Origin: Phoronis australis
Lineage: Eukaryota > Animalia > Phoronida
Assembly (NCBI GenBank): GCA_002633005.1
Contig: NMRA01000113.1
Location: forward strand, 464,441-528,440
DNA length: 64,000 bases
Reading direction: 5' to 3'
The notes under the pieces were generated by a model. The model did not search any database. It was not told where the DNA came from and saw nothing but the letters and a program-made list of their open reading frames with translations. The translations under genes were made by a program, and so were the position numbers. Position 1 is the stretch's first letter. Every line of letters starts with the position of its first letter. Shown here in pieces: positions 12,301-27,300 of the stretch.

Positions 12301-15300
12301 CTTCATTCATGTTAGATGCATGTTGTTTACATGTCACTGTTGCTAGACACATGTTTACACTTCACTGTAGCTAGGCACATGTTCTGTACGAGGAGCATGT
12401 TGTTTACAATTCACTGACGCTTGACACATTTTGTTTACATTTTACTGATACTAGGTGCATGTTGTTCACAATTCACTGATGCAAGACATATTTTGTTTAC
12501 ATTTTACTCATGCCAGGTGCATGTTGTTTACAATTCACTGATTAGAGACATATTTTGTTACATTTTACTGATTGTAGACAAATTTTGTTTACATTTTACT
12601 GATGCTAGATGCGTGTTGTTTACAGTTTACTGGTACTAGATGCTTGTTGTTTCCGTTGTCTTTACCCAACTACTTACAATGCTTCATTTCCTGAACTTAG
12701 TCAGCCTGCTGTCAAATGGCCCTCCATGAGGTTGAACAATAACTTTCCACTCCACAAAAACAACTTGCAACCAGTTTCACAGTACTGAAAATGGGTCCAT
12801 AAGAATACTAGATCTAACCTGAAGTTGTCTTGTGAGCGAGTCAATACGGCGGAACACTTCAGACATAACATCACACAACAGCCAGTATTCATCAGTCTGC
12901 TGGTCTATCAACGTAGTTAGCTGGTGCAGACTAGTGGACAGGGACAGATGTTTAACTGCAGCTGATACAATACTCTCCTCAATCACATCCACTTGAAGCA
13001 CTTCCCTGCAACATACAATGATACACATTACTTAAACTGAGATACAATACTTTCCTCTATCAAATCCACTTCTAGTACCTCCCTGGAACATGTATGATAC
13101 ATATTACTGTAGCTGATGCAACACTTTCCTTAAAGTACGTCTCTCAAACATTTATTACATTACTTAGTAAAACGGCACAGACATGAGAAGAGGCTTGCAT
13201 ATAAATTGAAATTTTGTTATTCAATGCTTTAAGAACATTGTCTTTAACGAACCTACCTTAGTTTCTCAAAGTGTCCGTGAAAATTATTTTTGGTTAAAAA
13301 CAACCCTTGAAAAGCAGTGGTTGGTGAGTTGAGACAACCGTAATCATTTACCGTTAATGTTTTTTTAATATTGACCAGAATACAGAAACACACTTCAACT
13401 TACTTGATACTTGGCCTTAGTTGAGGGGCCACACATCCTGACAATTCTCGTAACTTCACCACAATGTCATTTGGTAGTTTTATTCTCGGCAAACCTTCCT
13501 GAACAATCGGCCCTTTCAATGGCTGAGAAGGCAAGTCTACAGATGGCTTTGTCTTCACAGGACTACCAAGAGGACGGGACTGCCAGACACACCTGATCAG
13601 GGAACATGTCAATACATTAACTTGACACGCCAACAATACTAAGACTGAAAATGAACATTTAGTGGTAACAAATATAGATTTTAAGGTGGGGTTGACTGAT
13701 CTATCGGAAGAAACTATTAGAGGACACCATTTGTACTTTAAACAACAATAAAGTACTCAATCCAAAAATTGTTCTGTCACTTGTTATATGTTCTGAAGTC
13801 ACAATAATATCATGTCCAAATACTATTTGTGCATCCCAAACGTATGATATACAATTTACAATTGAAATGGAGCAATGAGGTATTCATTTTGTTTAGTAGT
13901 CAAGAGATTTAAGTCAGTAACTGTTTCAGAAAGCAGCCACATTGAAAATTGTGACCAAGTTTAGGTTCCCAGCTTCTCAGGTGACCATTTACTTAAAGAA
14001 TCATGTGTTGCGATTACCAGCCTACCTCTGCAGCAACTTTGATTTGAGTAGTTGTGAACACATGATCTCCTCCCGTGAGATGTCAGGGCCTTGGTAGAGT
14101 AGATTCAACATGGTACAGCCCAGAACTGACAAACTGAGAGACAGGTCAGCAAGGAATGGTAGACCACTGGACACGTCTTCACTGGACTCCTGCAAGCAGT
14201 GGAGTGATACACCAGGTAAAACTAAATGACAGGTCAGCAAGATATGACAGAACACTGGACACGTATTCCCTGGACTCCTAATACAGTGGAGTGATACAAG
14301 AGGTAAGACTGAATGACACGTCAGCTAGATATGACAGACCACTGGACACATATTCACCGAATACAACACTGATGTGTATGAGGTCACAACATTCAACAAT
14401 CAGACATTCACCAGGTAGTGAGATCATCTCATTCATGAGCAGGTTCACTTTAGAAATGCCAAAGAATATCTTGTGGAAATCGTCAATATTTCGTACAAGT
14501 CTGATCAAAATAGTTCAGCAAAAGAACAATTTACCAGGAGAAAAGGAAGCAGAATAAGATACCAAAAGTAGAAATAGTTTCTTTGGGTTGCCTTTGATGA
14601 CTGACAAGATAATGTCGTGGTTTTTTCACTTGAAAATACTGCATCTGTATACATGTGGAGATGATCTCACCAGATCTAAGTAAGTTTTGGCTTACGAAGT
14701 AAGTGAACAATCAGATAAATCATGCACATAATTATATTTAGACTTAGCATAAACACAACTCCAGTAACAGCAAATCCATTTGAAACCTAAAATTTCTTGA
14801 TACCTAAAGGAATTGTTTTCACCAAATGTTACTTAGTTGTATCTTTTGCTGCATGCTGATACATGAAAAGCAGCAATTTTTATTGACTTCATCACAAACG
14901 TGGTCAGCCACTTGTTACTGGTCATCTTCAGTATTATCTCTTCTAGCATGCTTTTCATATTTTGTTTGCTTGTTTGTTTGCAAAAATATGCAATAAATTG
15001 TTATCTATGAAAAACAATTAATCAGGTATGGAAATAAAAGGGCATTTTGAATCTGTTACAACATGTGATAAGGTATTTCTCAATACTCAAATCGTAAAGC
15101 TAGATTTAGGCAAGACTTAAGTAAGGAGAAAATGTGAAAGGATACTAGACAAAGAAGTAGGTTATCCTTCATCCTACCTGAGCCCTGACAGTGACTAAGA
15201 ATCCCCACATGGCCTTGTCAGGAGTGTTGTGTTCACGGCCACTCCGCATCTCAAACGACAAGGTGACCGAGTCACCTTCAACTTTGACCAGATCTTTTGG

Positions 15301-18300
15301 CCAACCAGAGCCAAGAACGCTGCGACTACCATAGCCCATGGTGTTACCACCAAACTCTCCAACTTTACGTGAGTTCGCATTAGTTCCAGCATACAGTATG
15401 ACCTGCACATTTAGCAAAAAATAAAAAACAAAGGTCAAACACAAGGCACAATAATGAACTATATTTAGAGTCTGAAAAACAATTATCAACTTCTAAAGTT
15501 ATAATTTAATATCAAGAAAACCTTCATTACTAATAGCATGTTTCCTGTTAACAAGGAAGGCAAAAAGTTAAATATTTATTACAAGCCTCTCTACCTTGTC
15601 ATAGTCATACTGTGAAGAACATCGAGAATCAAAGCGTAGGTAAAGACATCTAGCACCAGGGATGGTGACTGTTTCTTTGAACTTGTAATTATCTCGCACA
15701 GGATGAATAGTTTCCACAGTCCTGCCAGTGGCCCATGGAGTGGGGATCTTCAGTCCAGCCAGGAATCCTTGCTCCTCTGCCTCATTCAGACTAGAATGCA
15801 TATCGAAAAAAGTGAGTTTTTAGGTTTAATGACTGTGTAAAATATACATATATGTACTAGAAAAATAGAATAAGTCCCATAAAATGCATTGCAAATAAGA
15901 ACCTGAGATGAGGTAGTGTAAAATGAAAAAGTTGATTAAAACTTTTGGTATGAGCCAAACACTTACCTGTCAGGATTGAGAGACTGCCTTATCAACTCTA
16001 CAATGTCTTGGTCATCATCCAGTAAAGACTCTTCTCCTATAGCAGTAACTTGGCTCTTTAGTAAGAGTGCAGCCTGCAGTAATACCAACACTATGAGGAC
16101 ACTGTTCCATCCATGACATGAAGAAACAAATGCTGTCATACCAATTACCTTAACAACATGTCTTCACGTACCAGTGCTGGACGTATGATCATGTAATTAA
16201 CTATGCTGCATTTTTCTCAATCTCAGTAAACCTGTTTATAGACAGGTGAAAATCCCTCATGCCACCAAATTATACACGCCTAATTTGTGAGGTCCAGCTT
16301 TCGAAGGAAAGACAATTTTTTAATGGAAACTATCTTGGCTATTCATAACTAGCTATAGGTAAAAAATCTATGACTTGTCGTGTTCACACTTTTGCCCGAC
16401 TTTCTCAAACAAAGACATCTAATATTAGCTACATGAACAGCAGGTGTACCTTACTAAAAGCAGAATGTTTACCATACCTGACTTGTGAGTAAGGTAAGTT
16501 GTACCAGCTGGGGCATGAGACCATGAGCCAGCGCCAGGCACCTCAAGTTAGTGTGTGTCAGAGAAGTGACTAGAACAGGCAACAGGTGGCCCAAGATGGT
16601 GCCCTTAGCAACCTTCTCAATACCCTGTAGTCTGTATTCTGTGTCGTCGGCCTTGCTGGAGATGACGGTATTGCAGGACTCCAGCAGAACTTGTAGCACC
16701 TGAAAAGAAAGATCAAATATCTCAGTGTAACAAATGATGGTAAATGAGTTCCTGTCAAAGTTCAGCACACATAATGAAGGTGCTTACACAACATTTTAAA
16801 ATATTGATTACCACCAGAGATGACAGTTCAGGACACACAAAATATCACCTAGTTCCTGCAAGGATGTTTAGAATATCTGAAGCATGTAGACTTTTTAAAA
16901 ATAATCAAGTATAACATGACTTCATTCAGCCACATAAGACAAGCTTCATGACAAAAGAATGAAAATTTCCAATACAATCACAGATTACGACAACTATTCA
17001 ATACACAAGTCCCTGCGCACCTGAAAGGCTGACGGCAGAATGATAGATGCCAGGTTAACCACTGCTGTCTGTAACCTCTGCAGTTCACTTGAATCTTTAT
17101 CCGCTGCAGTCTCCTTCGTGAACAACACAGCATTCCTCAGCAGGTAAGACTGCAGAGCCGCCAGATATCTGACATATGGAGAGGATACCTGAAATGACAA
17201 CATAAATCAATGTATGTTCACTGAATGACTATGAAAGTAGTAAGTACCATTAACACACAAACAACCTTATTCTGGACTAATAACTGTATGACGCCTTCCA
17301 ACAACTTTAAAGAAGAAGGGACACGCAATTCACAAAAAGAAGTTATGGTAGCAAAATATAAGTAGGGAGAAGCAGGAACAATTAAAGTAACTGAAGTAGG
17401 GGCAGGTGTCCCTAGGCTTCCAGATCTGGGGCAAAATTTACATCCAGCAAAAATGAAAAAAGGAACCCACAGTCACTTCACCAGGAACACACCTTCCATT
17501 TTTCACAATGACAGACTTGAAAATAATAAAAATGGTCATATGCACATATGCTTGTGGTCGGAAAAAAGCAATTGACACAGGTAGCATGGTTATTTTTAAG
17601 TATTACTTTAGGTGATTAAATCCTTTTTAATTCAAGATATGAACTCAGCTAAAAAAGTAGTTACAAAGTGTGAATTTCAGGAAAAAGTAGTAAACGAACG
17701 CAGGAATATCTCTAAAAAATAAGAAAGTGGGAATCTTGGGAAAACATAATGCAGCCATTGTATGGCAACTGCTCATGAAGTCCATCATACAAATAATTAT
17801 TTTCAAAATTGCAAAAAATCAATATTCTTTTATTTAGTTATCATCTACCCAAACATAAGTGTATCTTATACGGCACCAAAGATCACATCAGAAGTTATCT
17901 AACATTGTTTAAAAGCTGTAATAACCGAGATTACACACCAGAAAGAAGCATCATTCCCCTCTCCCTTTCTTGAGAAGACATACAAAAGACTATTGTAAAC
18001 TGACTCACAGGTATGGTGGAGAGAAGCCTCTCTAACTCATCATATTTCAAAGAGTGACATTTCGCCAACAGTACCATGGCCTCCTTCACAGCTAACTTGA
18101 GAATGTATTTCACCATCATGTCGGGTAATCTGTAAATAAACCCAAACTGACAACACACATCCGCAGAAGTGTCACCTCTTTTCATTACATTTTCAACTTT
18201 TCATGATTCACACATGAAGTTAATAACTGATGATAACACATGGTTGTGAACAAGGGCTGTAACACGTGGTTGTGAACATGGGCTGTAACACGTGGTTGTG

Positions 18301-21300
18301 ACATATGATTTCATTCATGGCTACATCCTTTATGTATATTGTTACAAGTGAAAAGACAACAAAAGGATGTGAAGACACTAGACATGTAATGACAGTATAA
18401 AGCACTATTATTACAGAAATCAATTTCACATCAACAGAATTAAAATCTCTTCACTTCATAATACAATAGAAGAATTCATTGTGAGATATATATGTATAAT
18501 TTCCAATCACACAATTAAAGGTATAATTGTATACACTGAAAGTTACCATATGATTGGTTAGAGAGAAACAAGGGCATATTTCTGTGAACTAGCCAATCTC
18601 AGCTTTACATTCAATGAAGGTCAAATAACAATACATGTTGTTGCAGCACCTATTTCACAAGCTTCAAATAGGTATTTTTTCAAGATTGGATCGTGCATAG
18701 CCAAACAACAAGTAGCAATAAATAAACAAATGAAAACAACAGGCAAGGACAACCCACCTGATACTAGTGATGTCAGTCTCCATGGTGCTATGTTTAAGTT
18801 GATCTGAGTAGTCCACAAGTAGTAGCTCCCTCAAGTACTTACTCCCATAGAGGTCACCACCTGTCACACAGACACAAGACATTAATCACAAGCTTGTGTG
18901 AAACCAATGATTTACAACCTGTGCATTATTTCTCAAACTCTTAAAATGGTGGAAGACTCCAACAAAATACTTGATTGTCTTTAATATTCAAACACCATTG
19001 AAACTTGTCCCCGTAACAACATTGCGATGATTGATAGAATAAACTAACATCACCATCTTGTCCACTGACACACACCTTCAGTGATGAGCTGGAACAACAA
19101 GTCATTACACTCCTGATCCTGTCTATAGAACACACTGATCCCCAGGCTCAACGCTTTACAGGCCTTCTCAGTCATGGCCACAGCATCCCGTCCTTCCTTT
19201 GTCTGGAACATGCTTATGGTCTTCCATAGCAACTTTCTGCAGAGACACGGAAACAAGGAGAGTAATATGCAATAGCGTCCTGAATGTAATCAACATTTAA
19301 CAGCACATTAAACCCATGGTCTCTGTTAAAAAAAGCTTTGGTTCTAGCCATTTACCATTATGAAATTGTTATCAAATTGTTCCTTTGTAAATAGGCGTGA
19401 CCTCTGGGCTTGGAAAGAATTGAATTTTTGCATCTTCGGACCAAGATAAAAATTAAGGTTACAGCATGACCTCAATTTTTTTTGAGATTAGTCTGCAGAA
19501 GAAATAGTTCACATTGCTCAGAGACAATGTGGATATTAGTATGAGACTGAGGTATGCTTGATACCAAGTGTTCACAAGTGAGTCTACACACAGCTACACT
19601 TACAATGTATACTACTAAACAATGAGGTATAGTAAACCAGTATTATCCTATAATAAAGTGAACACAAACACTTTCTACCTGAGTCTTATGATCAACTCCT
19701 CATCGTTGTCAGCTTTAAATGAGTTCATCTTGCACACCAGCTGAAAATGTCACAAAGATATGACCATTACTACACAAACTAATAGCAGTTGTACAAACAG
19801 TCATGAGGATTATGGATCAAAACCTAGCAATACTGACCAGACGTGACCAGACACATGCAAACCTCTAGATGTTCCAAGATAAAAACAAAGAAAAGGAGCC
19901 AGTTCTAAGGCTCACTTAGTAAGTGTAATCAACACAATAAAACTTTGTGTCATTATCACAGTTTTGGGATCTGTAAAACAACATAATGACCTCGATTAAA
20001 GTCAATAATTGTGTATTATCGTCAGCCCTTCTTAACAAGCGTCCACTACTCTGGCAGTCAAAGGTACGGCTATCAGTAAGAATGGTATATTACCTGTATC
20101 ACCATCAGTGTACAGTGTATCGTATGCGCATCCTCTTTCACCAAGGCCCACTCTAGTATGTCAGTTACCCTAGCCAGGTAGACCATGTCAGCAGGGCTGT
20201 GTTGAATCAGTAAGTTTCCCAGTGCTGTATGTATCAGGTCAGTGTTCATCTGATGTATGCAGACACAAGCAGCGTGTTGCAGCAGGTACTTAGCTACGTC
20301 ACTTGGTTGCAGGCATGCTGTAACACAGACACATTACTGCTTTACGTTTACTAGAAAAGACTGCTTGTCCAACCATAAACTGACCTGAAATACACTAAGG
20401 CTTCGTAGTACTGTAACAATAATGCAAAAATAACAATCCTTTGTAATACCAGTGATGGTCACCGACTCTGGTAATTTGTATCCTTAAAGTAGACATTGTC
20501 CTTGTAGTTCAAGACAAGAGGACATATCAATGCAGGTCATTGACTCTGGTAATTTGTATACTTAAAGTAGACATTGTCCTTGTAGTTCAAGACAAGAGGA
20601 CATATCAATGCTGGTCATTGACTCTGGTAATTTGTATACTTAAAGTAAACATTGTTCTTGTAACTCAAGACAAGAGGAAATATGAGATAATCACTGACAG
20701 CAGGATGTAAAAACACACTTGGCCACTCACTAGTTCCCAAGTTGAATGCTAGGGCCTAAAATGACTTATAAGTCAACTGGACACCATTTTGTAGAAAATC
20801 AAATTATCCAAATTTGTCAATTTCCGACATCAGAATTTAATGTTGCAATAATTCATCGCTCATCTTTATACTATTTCTGACTGCTGTAAAATCTTCATTT
20901 TCCAACACATATTTAACAACTTCCCGTCAGCAAAATTCTTTTTAGGGACCACTGTACTACTTCATGGCTTCAATCGATGCATCCGTAACTTAGAAATTGA
21001 AAGGCTGGTGTCGCTAACATCATTGAGACTCTGAGAGTACATTTTTCTCATGACTCTGTCACTGAACTTCCTCCAATTTTGCCTGATCACTGTTTGTTCA
21101 ATATTTTTTTTATCAGACTTGTCTTCACATTATCAATGACGCACTGGCAGCTGCACAATCGTTCAATAGCTAAACCATGTCAACACTGGATGAACAAAAA
21201 TGCACAACTGATGGCACGGCTAGTCATATACACCAGATGCCCAGAAGCCAGACAGAGATGACAGCAATATGAGACAACATACCTCTATATGTGTGGGTGC

Positions 21301-24300
21301 ATAAAAATTCATACCTAGCAATTAAATAAATGATTTTAGGCTCAAGTATTTGAAGAAATGTAGAAAAGTCCAGGCATTGCCCTATCTCTGATTTTTGTAG
21401 CCAGTTTCTGCAAGTTTGTTGTTATTGTGGTCACATCTTATCGAGGCCATTTCCTTTATGATTGATACAAAGAAGGATTGAGTCCTTGCTTGCTAAAAAG
21501 TTCTGAATATATTGTGATACTTCAGAGGCCCTTTGCAATACAGTCTAGCGAATCTGCAATGTCCAGTTTGACAACAAAATGTGTTTCACTGAATCCTACA
21601 CACTCACGTGAAGAGCAAAATTTCACAAGTGACTTTTAACCTTTGTTTCACATTGCATTGTAACATATCAGGAAGTCTCTACAACACTTTTGGGCCACTG
21701 ACCTGAAACGGTTTGATGAGTTCCACCATGAATGCCCAACGTGGACAGTACGTGGTGCCTAGCCTGATACCCGGGGTTATAGAACTGGTCCATCCAATCA
21801 CTGCTGCAAGCCCACAACATGTTGTTCCTCAAGTCATAGCAAATACCTGCAACACAAGAGAAAGTTTAAGTTGGCGATACTAACAAAAATATTTCCACTT
21901 TACAAGAAAAATCCCAATGCACATCAGGACAACTAGATTTTGTTTAGCCCAGTAAGCCACACAATTGTGTAGCAAAGTTGGCAATCTCCCTTGACAAATT
22001 ACAGATGTGCACCTGACTGAACCTTCATAAAAGACGGAACACGCTATATTTTGTTTACTACAGATGCCTTGTTCAACAAGTCACTTTACCTAAGCCAAGA
22101 ACTGGTGCCCCTCTTGACAAACCACAAGTCACTGCGTCCATCAATTCTGTGCGAGATGTGTAGTTGCCCGTAGTCACATCAAAGGTAACACATCCAGCCA
22201 GACCTGAAGTACAACAATGGGAGACAATGATCAACTAAGCCACAATGAGCAAGGCAGTAAAGGGATATACACGGTAGAGTGTAAAGCATAAGATTTAGGA
22301 CAATGAATTTTTTCCGAAATAAAAATAATTTGAGTGTGAACCTGAAGTGAATGAAAACATGTAACCAACTATGCATATTAATGGGGTTGACACCTATCAA
22401 ACAGAGGTGGTACATATGACGTCACAAGTTACCATACAAAGTGACATGTCCTGTTGGCAAAGAAAACTAAGGGGAGTACAATATCATATTCCAAAAAGCT
22501 TTAGTCTGACAGAAATATTGTCAATGAATTGAGCTGTATTTGACCAGCAGAGTAAACATTACTGAATTGATTTGTACATGACCTCTCAATTTAGGTCAAA
22601 TTACTTACTTCTGAGAGAGGAGAGTGGAGGCGCACCTCCAAACAGGGATCGACTGACAGCGGCACCACTACTGCCCTGTGTTGGAGTCAACATGACGAGT
22701 GATGTTCCATCACAATACAAAGGGGTCTTCAGTAGGCTGGTGAGGGTCAGTCCGCAACTGGTGCTACCTAGAACAACATTCACCATGTACTAACATCATT
22801 TTCAAAATTTATCAGTCTACTTACATCAAACTTTATCCTGTTTACATTGGCACTAGCACAATGTTTCCTTTAGTCATTTCTTCAGCCATCTTCATGATAC
22901 ACCATTAGTGAAATAAAACATAAGGCCACAAAATCATACTTCTGGTCACTGTTTTTTTTTCTTGAAAATCCAGTCAGTGGTGCGGTATTTCTAATTAGTT
23001 GCTCACTTTTAAAAAATCCACCAGAGACAAGCAAAATTGATACGGGCTTTGTTTTGTTTACTCATCGCTTGGCTATTCAGTGAATTTCAAATTTTGCCTT
23101 TTTGCAGGGTTTTAATAAAAGAACACAAGACCTTGCCTGAAATCGATGCAGGAAGCACTTTTTTCTTGAAATCAATGAACGCAAATCTCAAAATGAGCCG
23201 TGGTAGAAAGCAGAACTAAATACACTTTTTGGCCAGACAGAACACCATAACTAAGAATGTGACAGAGCTAGACTAATCAAAATAATGATGTAACGAGAGA
23301 ATGAAAAAGGAGTTCATCAAAGCCAACACATTTCATCGGAGACAATCGTTTGCTATCAATGCTTGTAGACAGGCATCATGTGTGAGACTGCAAATCAAAG
23401 TATTTAATGACTTCTCATACCTGTTTCCTCTTTTTTGTTAGAGTCTGTAGAAGACAGAGCCACGAGCGTAGCTGCATGGTTAGCAGAGCGATAAGGACGG
23501 AGTCTTGTCAGCAAGGTTTCATTGACTGACTTGGGAGTAGGCTCATCTCTGCGCACTAGTTTCACACTTGAATTCTGGGGCTTGACAATATAGTCCTCAA
23601 CCTCAGTGAGACAACAAAACGACATTACAACAGGTACAAATGGAATGAAAACACAATAACATTAAAATATCTAATACCTTTTCTATAGACAAGGTATTCA
23701 GCTTTTTCAACTTCTGCACAATACAACACATAACCTTGTGAGTAAACTGAAAAAAACACACAGCAAGTATCTAACTTTAACATTTTGACTCTGTGCTCCT
23801 ACCTCAAAAGACTCCACAAACACCTCGAGTCCTTTGGCAGTTTTATCTGTGGTAGTGCCAGCGCACCAGACCCAGTATACACGGGAGTCATCTGAGCACA
23901 GTGACACTGTTGTGACAGGTGCAGGGAATCTATACACTGATGGCCTCAATACTGTCTTTATGACCTGCAGAGGGATATGTTACCAGATGAATTTAATACA
24001 AGTTGCCTAGCACATATAAACTGACAAAGTCAAACTTGCAATGTTTTCTTTCATACTAAACGTCTGTCAGGTACAAAGTGGGAAGCAGCGGCAGCTGTGG
24101 CACAAGTAGAGAGCAGACTGCAGCAAAAGGATACAGTAGGAACAGTGTGCCTGAGAAGACAAGGAAAGGCATTGCTGAGGAAGAGAATAGAGGTGCTACA
24201 GCGATGGGGTTACAGTAGCAAGGGGAATGGACAATGTGGGATAGCTGTTTGAGAAAGAAGATCACTACAAAGGATCTGTTGTCATCAGAAAGTCAGAGAC

Positions 24301-27300
24301 TCAACTGTGTGCTTAGAGCAGTGTATGAGAAACTTCCCATGCCGAGGAATTTGAGTCTGTGGGGGTAGCAGAAGATGACAGATGTGCTAGCTGCGGGGAA
24401 CCAGGAACTTTGCAGCACATACTAACACAGAGGGCAAGTACACCTGGAGGTATAACGAAGTGCTGAAGGCCCTGGCACGCATCCAGAACATTGAAAGAAG
24501 AGCAGAGAAGAAGAGCAGTGGTGGAAGAGGAACTCAACACAAGGGTTTATTCCACAAGTCCATGAACTGGAAGATGACCGTAGATCTGAGAAGTCGAGCA
24601 GTTTTCCTGAAACTCATTGTCACTAGCTACATAGGAACACATCTAACAAATCTCATTAAGATCCTGCTAGAGGTTTAGGACATACAGCACTGGATGCCAG
24701 ACACCAGGAGAAAGATGACGGCAATATACACCCACATATGTACATGTGAACGCTCAAAACTTTGAACAAATACTATACAGACAACTCATTCAGTTGGTGA
24801 AATGGGTGGGTTGACAAACACAGGGGCGTTTCACTGTGGAAAAATTTTGATATGAAATTTGATTTCCCAGATAGGTTGCGTGTAAAAAACCAGGCTATCT
24901 GTGGCAGTCTTTCAAGAAGTGGTAATTGTCAGTACAGTAAAAACAACCATTTGTTTAAATTTGAAAAATTACATTATTTTGCTGCACACACAGCCCATAT
25001 TTTTAAAGCACCACTTTTTCAAATCAGGGAACATGTAAATTTAATTAGGCAGCTAGAACCTGCCACTATGTCAAGTTACCTGAAGGTTATGAGGATCAAT
25101 GGCTTGAAGAAACGCATCACTAGTCTCAGAATCAAACGATACAGGTCTCAGGAAGAGACTGTCATTGGCCCAGGCCAGATAGCCAGGCCCTAGTTTGCTG
25201 TTCCTGCTGTAGACATGACCCCTGAGAGTGCCATGAAGACCACTGCCAATCTTAGCAATGCCTCTCCCCGTACAGCTGGTGCAGTATAAGAAGATGCCAT
25301 CTGTAGTAACACGGCGACCAATGTTGTCACCAGCTGTCAAGGTATAACCAAAGATTAGTTATAGTCAATGCAAAATTCGCAAGCAAAAGTACATCAGAGG
25401 AAATCTACAGCTATTGAGTTTATGCTGATTAGATACCTAAGTTCTAATCTGTTATCAGCAGTAGAAAAACAGACCTCTTTACAGAACATGCTGTCGCTGT
25501 TCCAAAAAGTATCTATTTAGAGTTTATAAACAAAATTAGCTGTGTTCAAAAAAGATATTACACATCTTACAACATGAAATAGGAATTTTGTAGAAAACAC
25601 CAAGGTGCACTCACAAGCAGAAAGATAAACACATCAATTTCTGTTACACTGCCAAACACAAAGATTCAAGTCAAGAAAGTTAAATATAGACTGTCTTCAA
25701 TGACTTCTAAAAAGAACATGCAAAGAACTTTTTTACTAGAGTTGTCTTTTCCATCTTTCTCAGGTGTATCCAACAGATCTTCAAATCCCCAGCAAATAAC
25801 ATGCTTGGGCCCCAACAGTAAACTGTTCTGACTTTGTCCACCATCTGTAAGCAGCAGCTTGTTGATCACTTCTCCAATTTGCAATGGCTGAAGATCGGCA
25901 AGTCTGCTCAACAAATGGGCAGTGTGGATAATGGCTTTTAAGTTACCCCTGTAAATAATTCACAATAATCAATTATTATGTCCAGGTGGCTGATCATTAG
26001 CAAAAAGCATACTAAGCCAATTACATGAAAATTCAACATGAGTGGTTTTCAGCAACTGTAAAATATATTTAAATAAAAGGACAAACCTAACCAACATATC
26101 AGAATGATCTGCTACTATACTAGACAATTTCACGTTTAAATGGCTCAAAAACAAAAATCAAATTAGTTTTTACTTTCATAAAATTGGTCTTATAATATTC
26201 CTTAGTGATAAAAGTATATTTCCATTATGAACAAGAACATCAAAACCATCAGTGACTCAAGAAAATGTTTATTGGGGTTAGCAAACACTAAAATTGCCAA
26301 TTTGAAAATAGTGCTTGTATGCATTGCCTGTGACTTGAGTTGCCAGCTCATTTGGCAATAACTCCAATTCAGATAAGCGTGGCAAAATTTTTAAACCACA
26401 AAGCGCTTTGGCTAAAAATTCATCATTGACGGCTCAAAAAGGGCAAAATGCAGCTTTAACTATTTGTAAAATGGACAGAAATTATTCCCAAGTCACAAGT
26501 GCTCATGCCAGTTGTACAAATTCATCTGCACAAAGGTCAGTGAAAAAGTACAATCATTGCCGGATGATATTAGACTGGTCCCTTATCAGCATTAACTCAC
26601 AGTATCTATCTTATGGAACCCATATATACTGTATCCAATTGACCGTGAGTAGGGCCTATATTAAAAGTAATGAAGGCTCATTATTGAGTTTGATCACCAA
26701 AACTTGTGAGCAATGGTTATCATGGCCCCGAGTTCAATCTCTGAACACGAAAGTCAGTTAGAAAACTGACCAAATGCACAGCATGCATTCAAGTGGCATA
26801 ATTGCTTAAGTTTTGAGTCTAACTCCAGTCCGAGTTTGGAAGTTAGATCCTGGGCGCTGGACTTCATTGAAGGAATTAAATTTTGGTTTAGGTCACTTAC
26901 TGCTATAAACTTGGTCTCAATTTGTTCCTTACTGAGATGAGAAGTGATTTTTGATATAGTTAAGAACTGACAGTCCGTTATTCCTCAAGACTCATCAAAT
27001 AAAATGACTCGCTGTAACAAGTCAACCTGTAGAGCCTGGTCTCACGCAATTCATAAAAAGAACTGTCAGTTTTTTCCAAGCCCAGAAATCACACCTATTT
27101 TGATTAAGGAACAATTAGAGACCAATTCCATAACAGGAAGTTTTCTAAAGAGAAATTGTGTTTTGTCATGGAAGGTGGGTTTATAGATGCTTTAATAGAA
27201 TTGAATGACAATGATTACAGTGACAACTTCTAAAAATTCCCTATACATACACAGGTGAAATACATGTAAGCGTCTTTGATTAATTGTTAAAACAGAAATA

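Noticed and set aside
20720-21200. Possible decayed LINE ORF1 (SGNH-like) on the minus strand
   Set aside because: Too many stops and frameshifts to support a motif-level call without a search.
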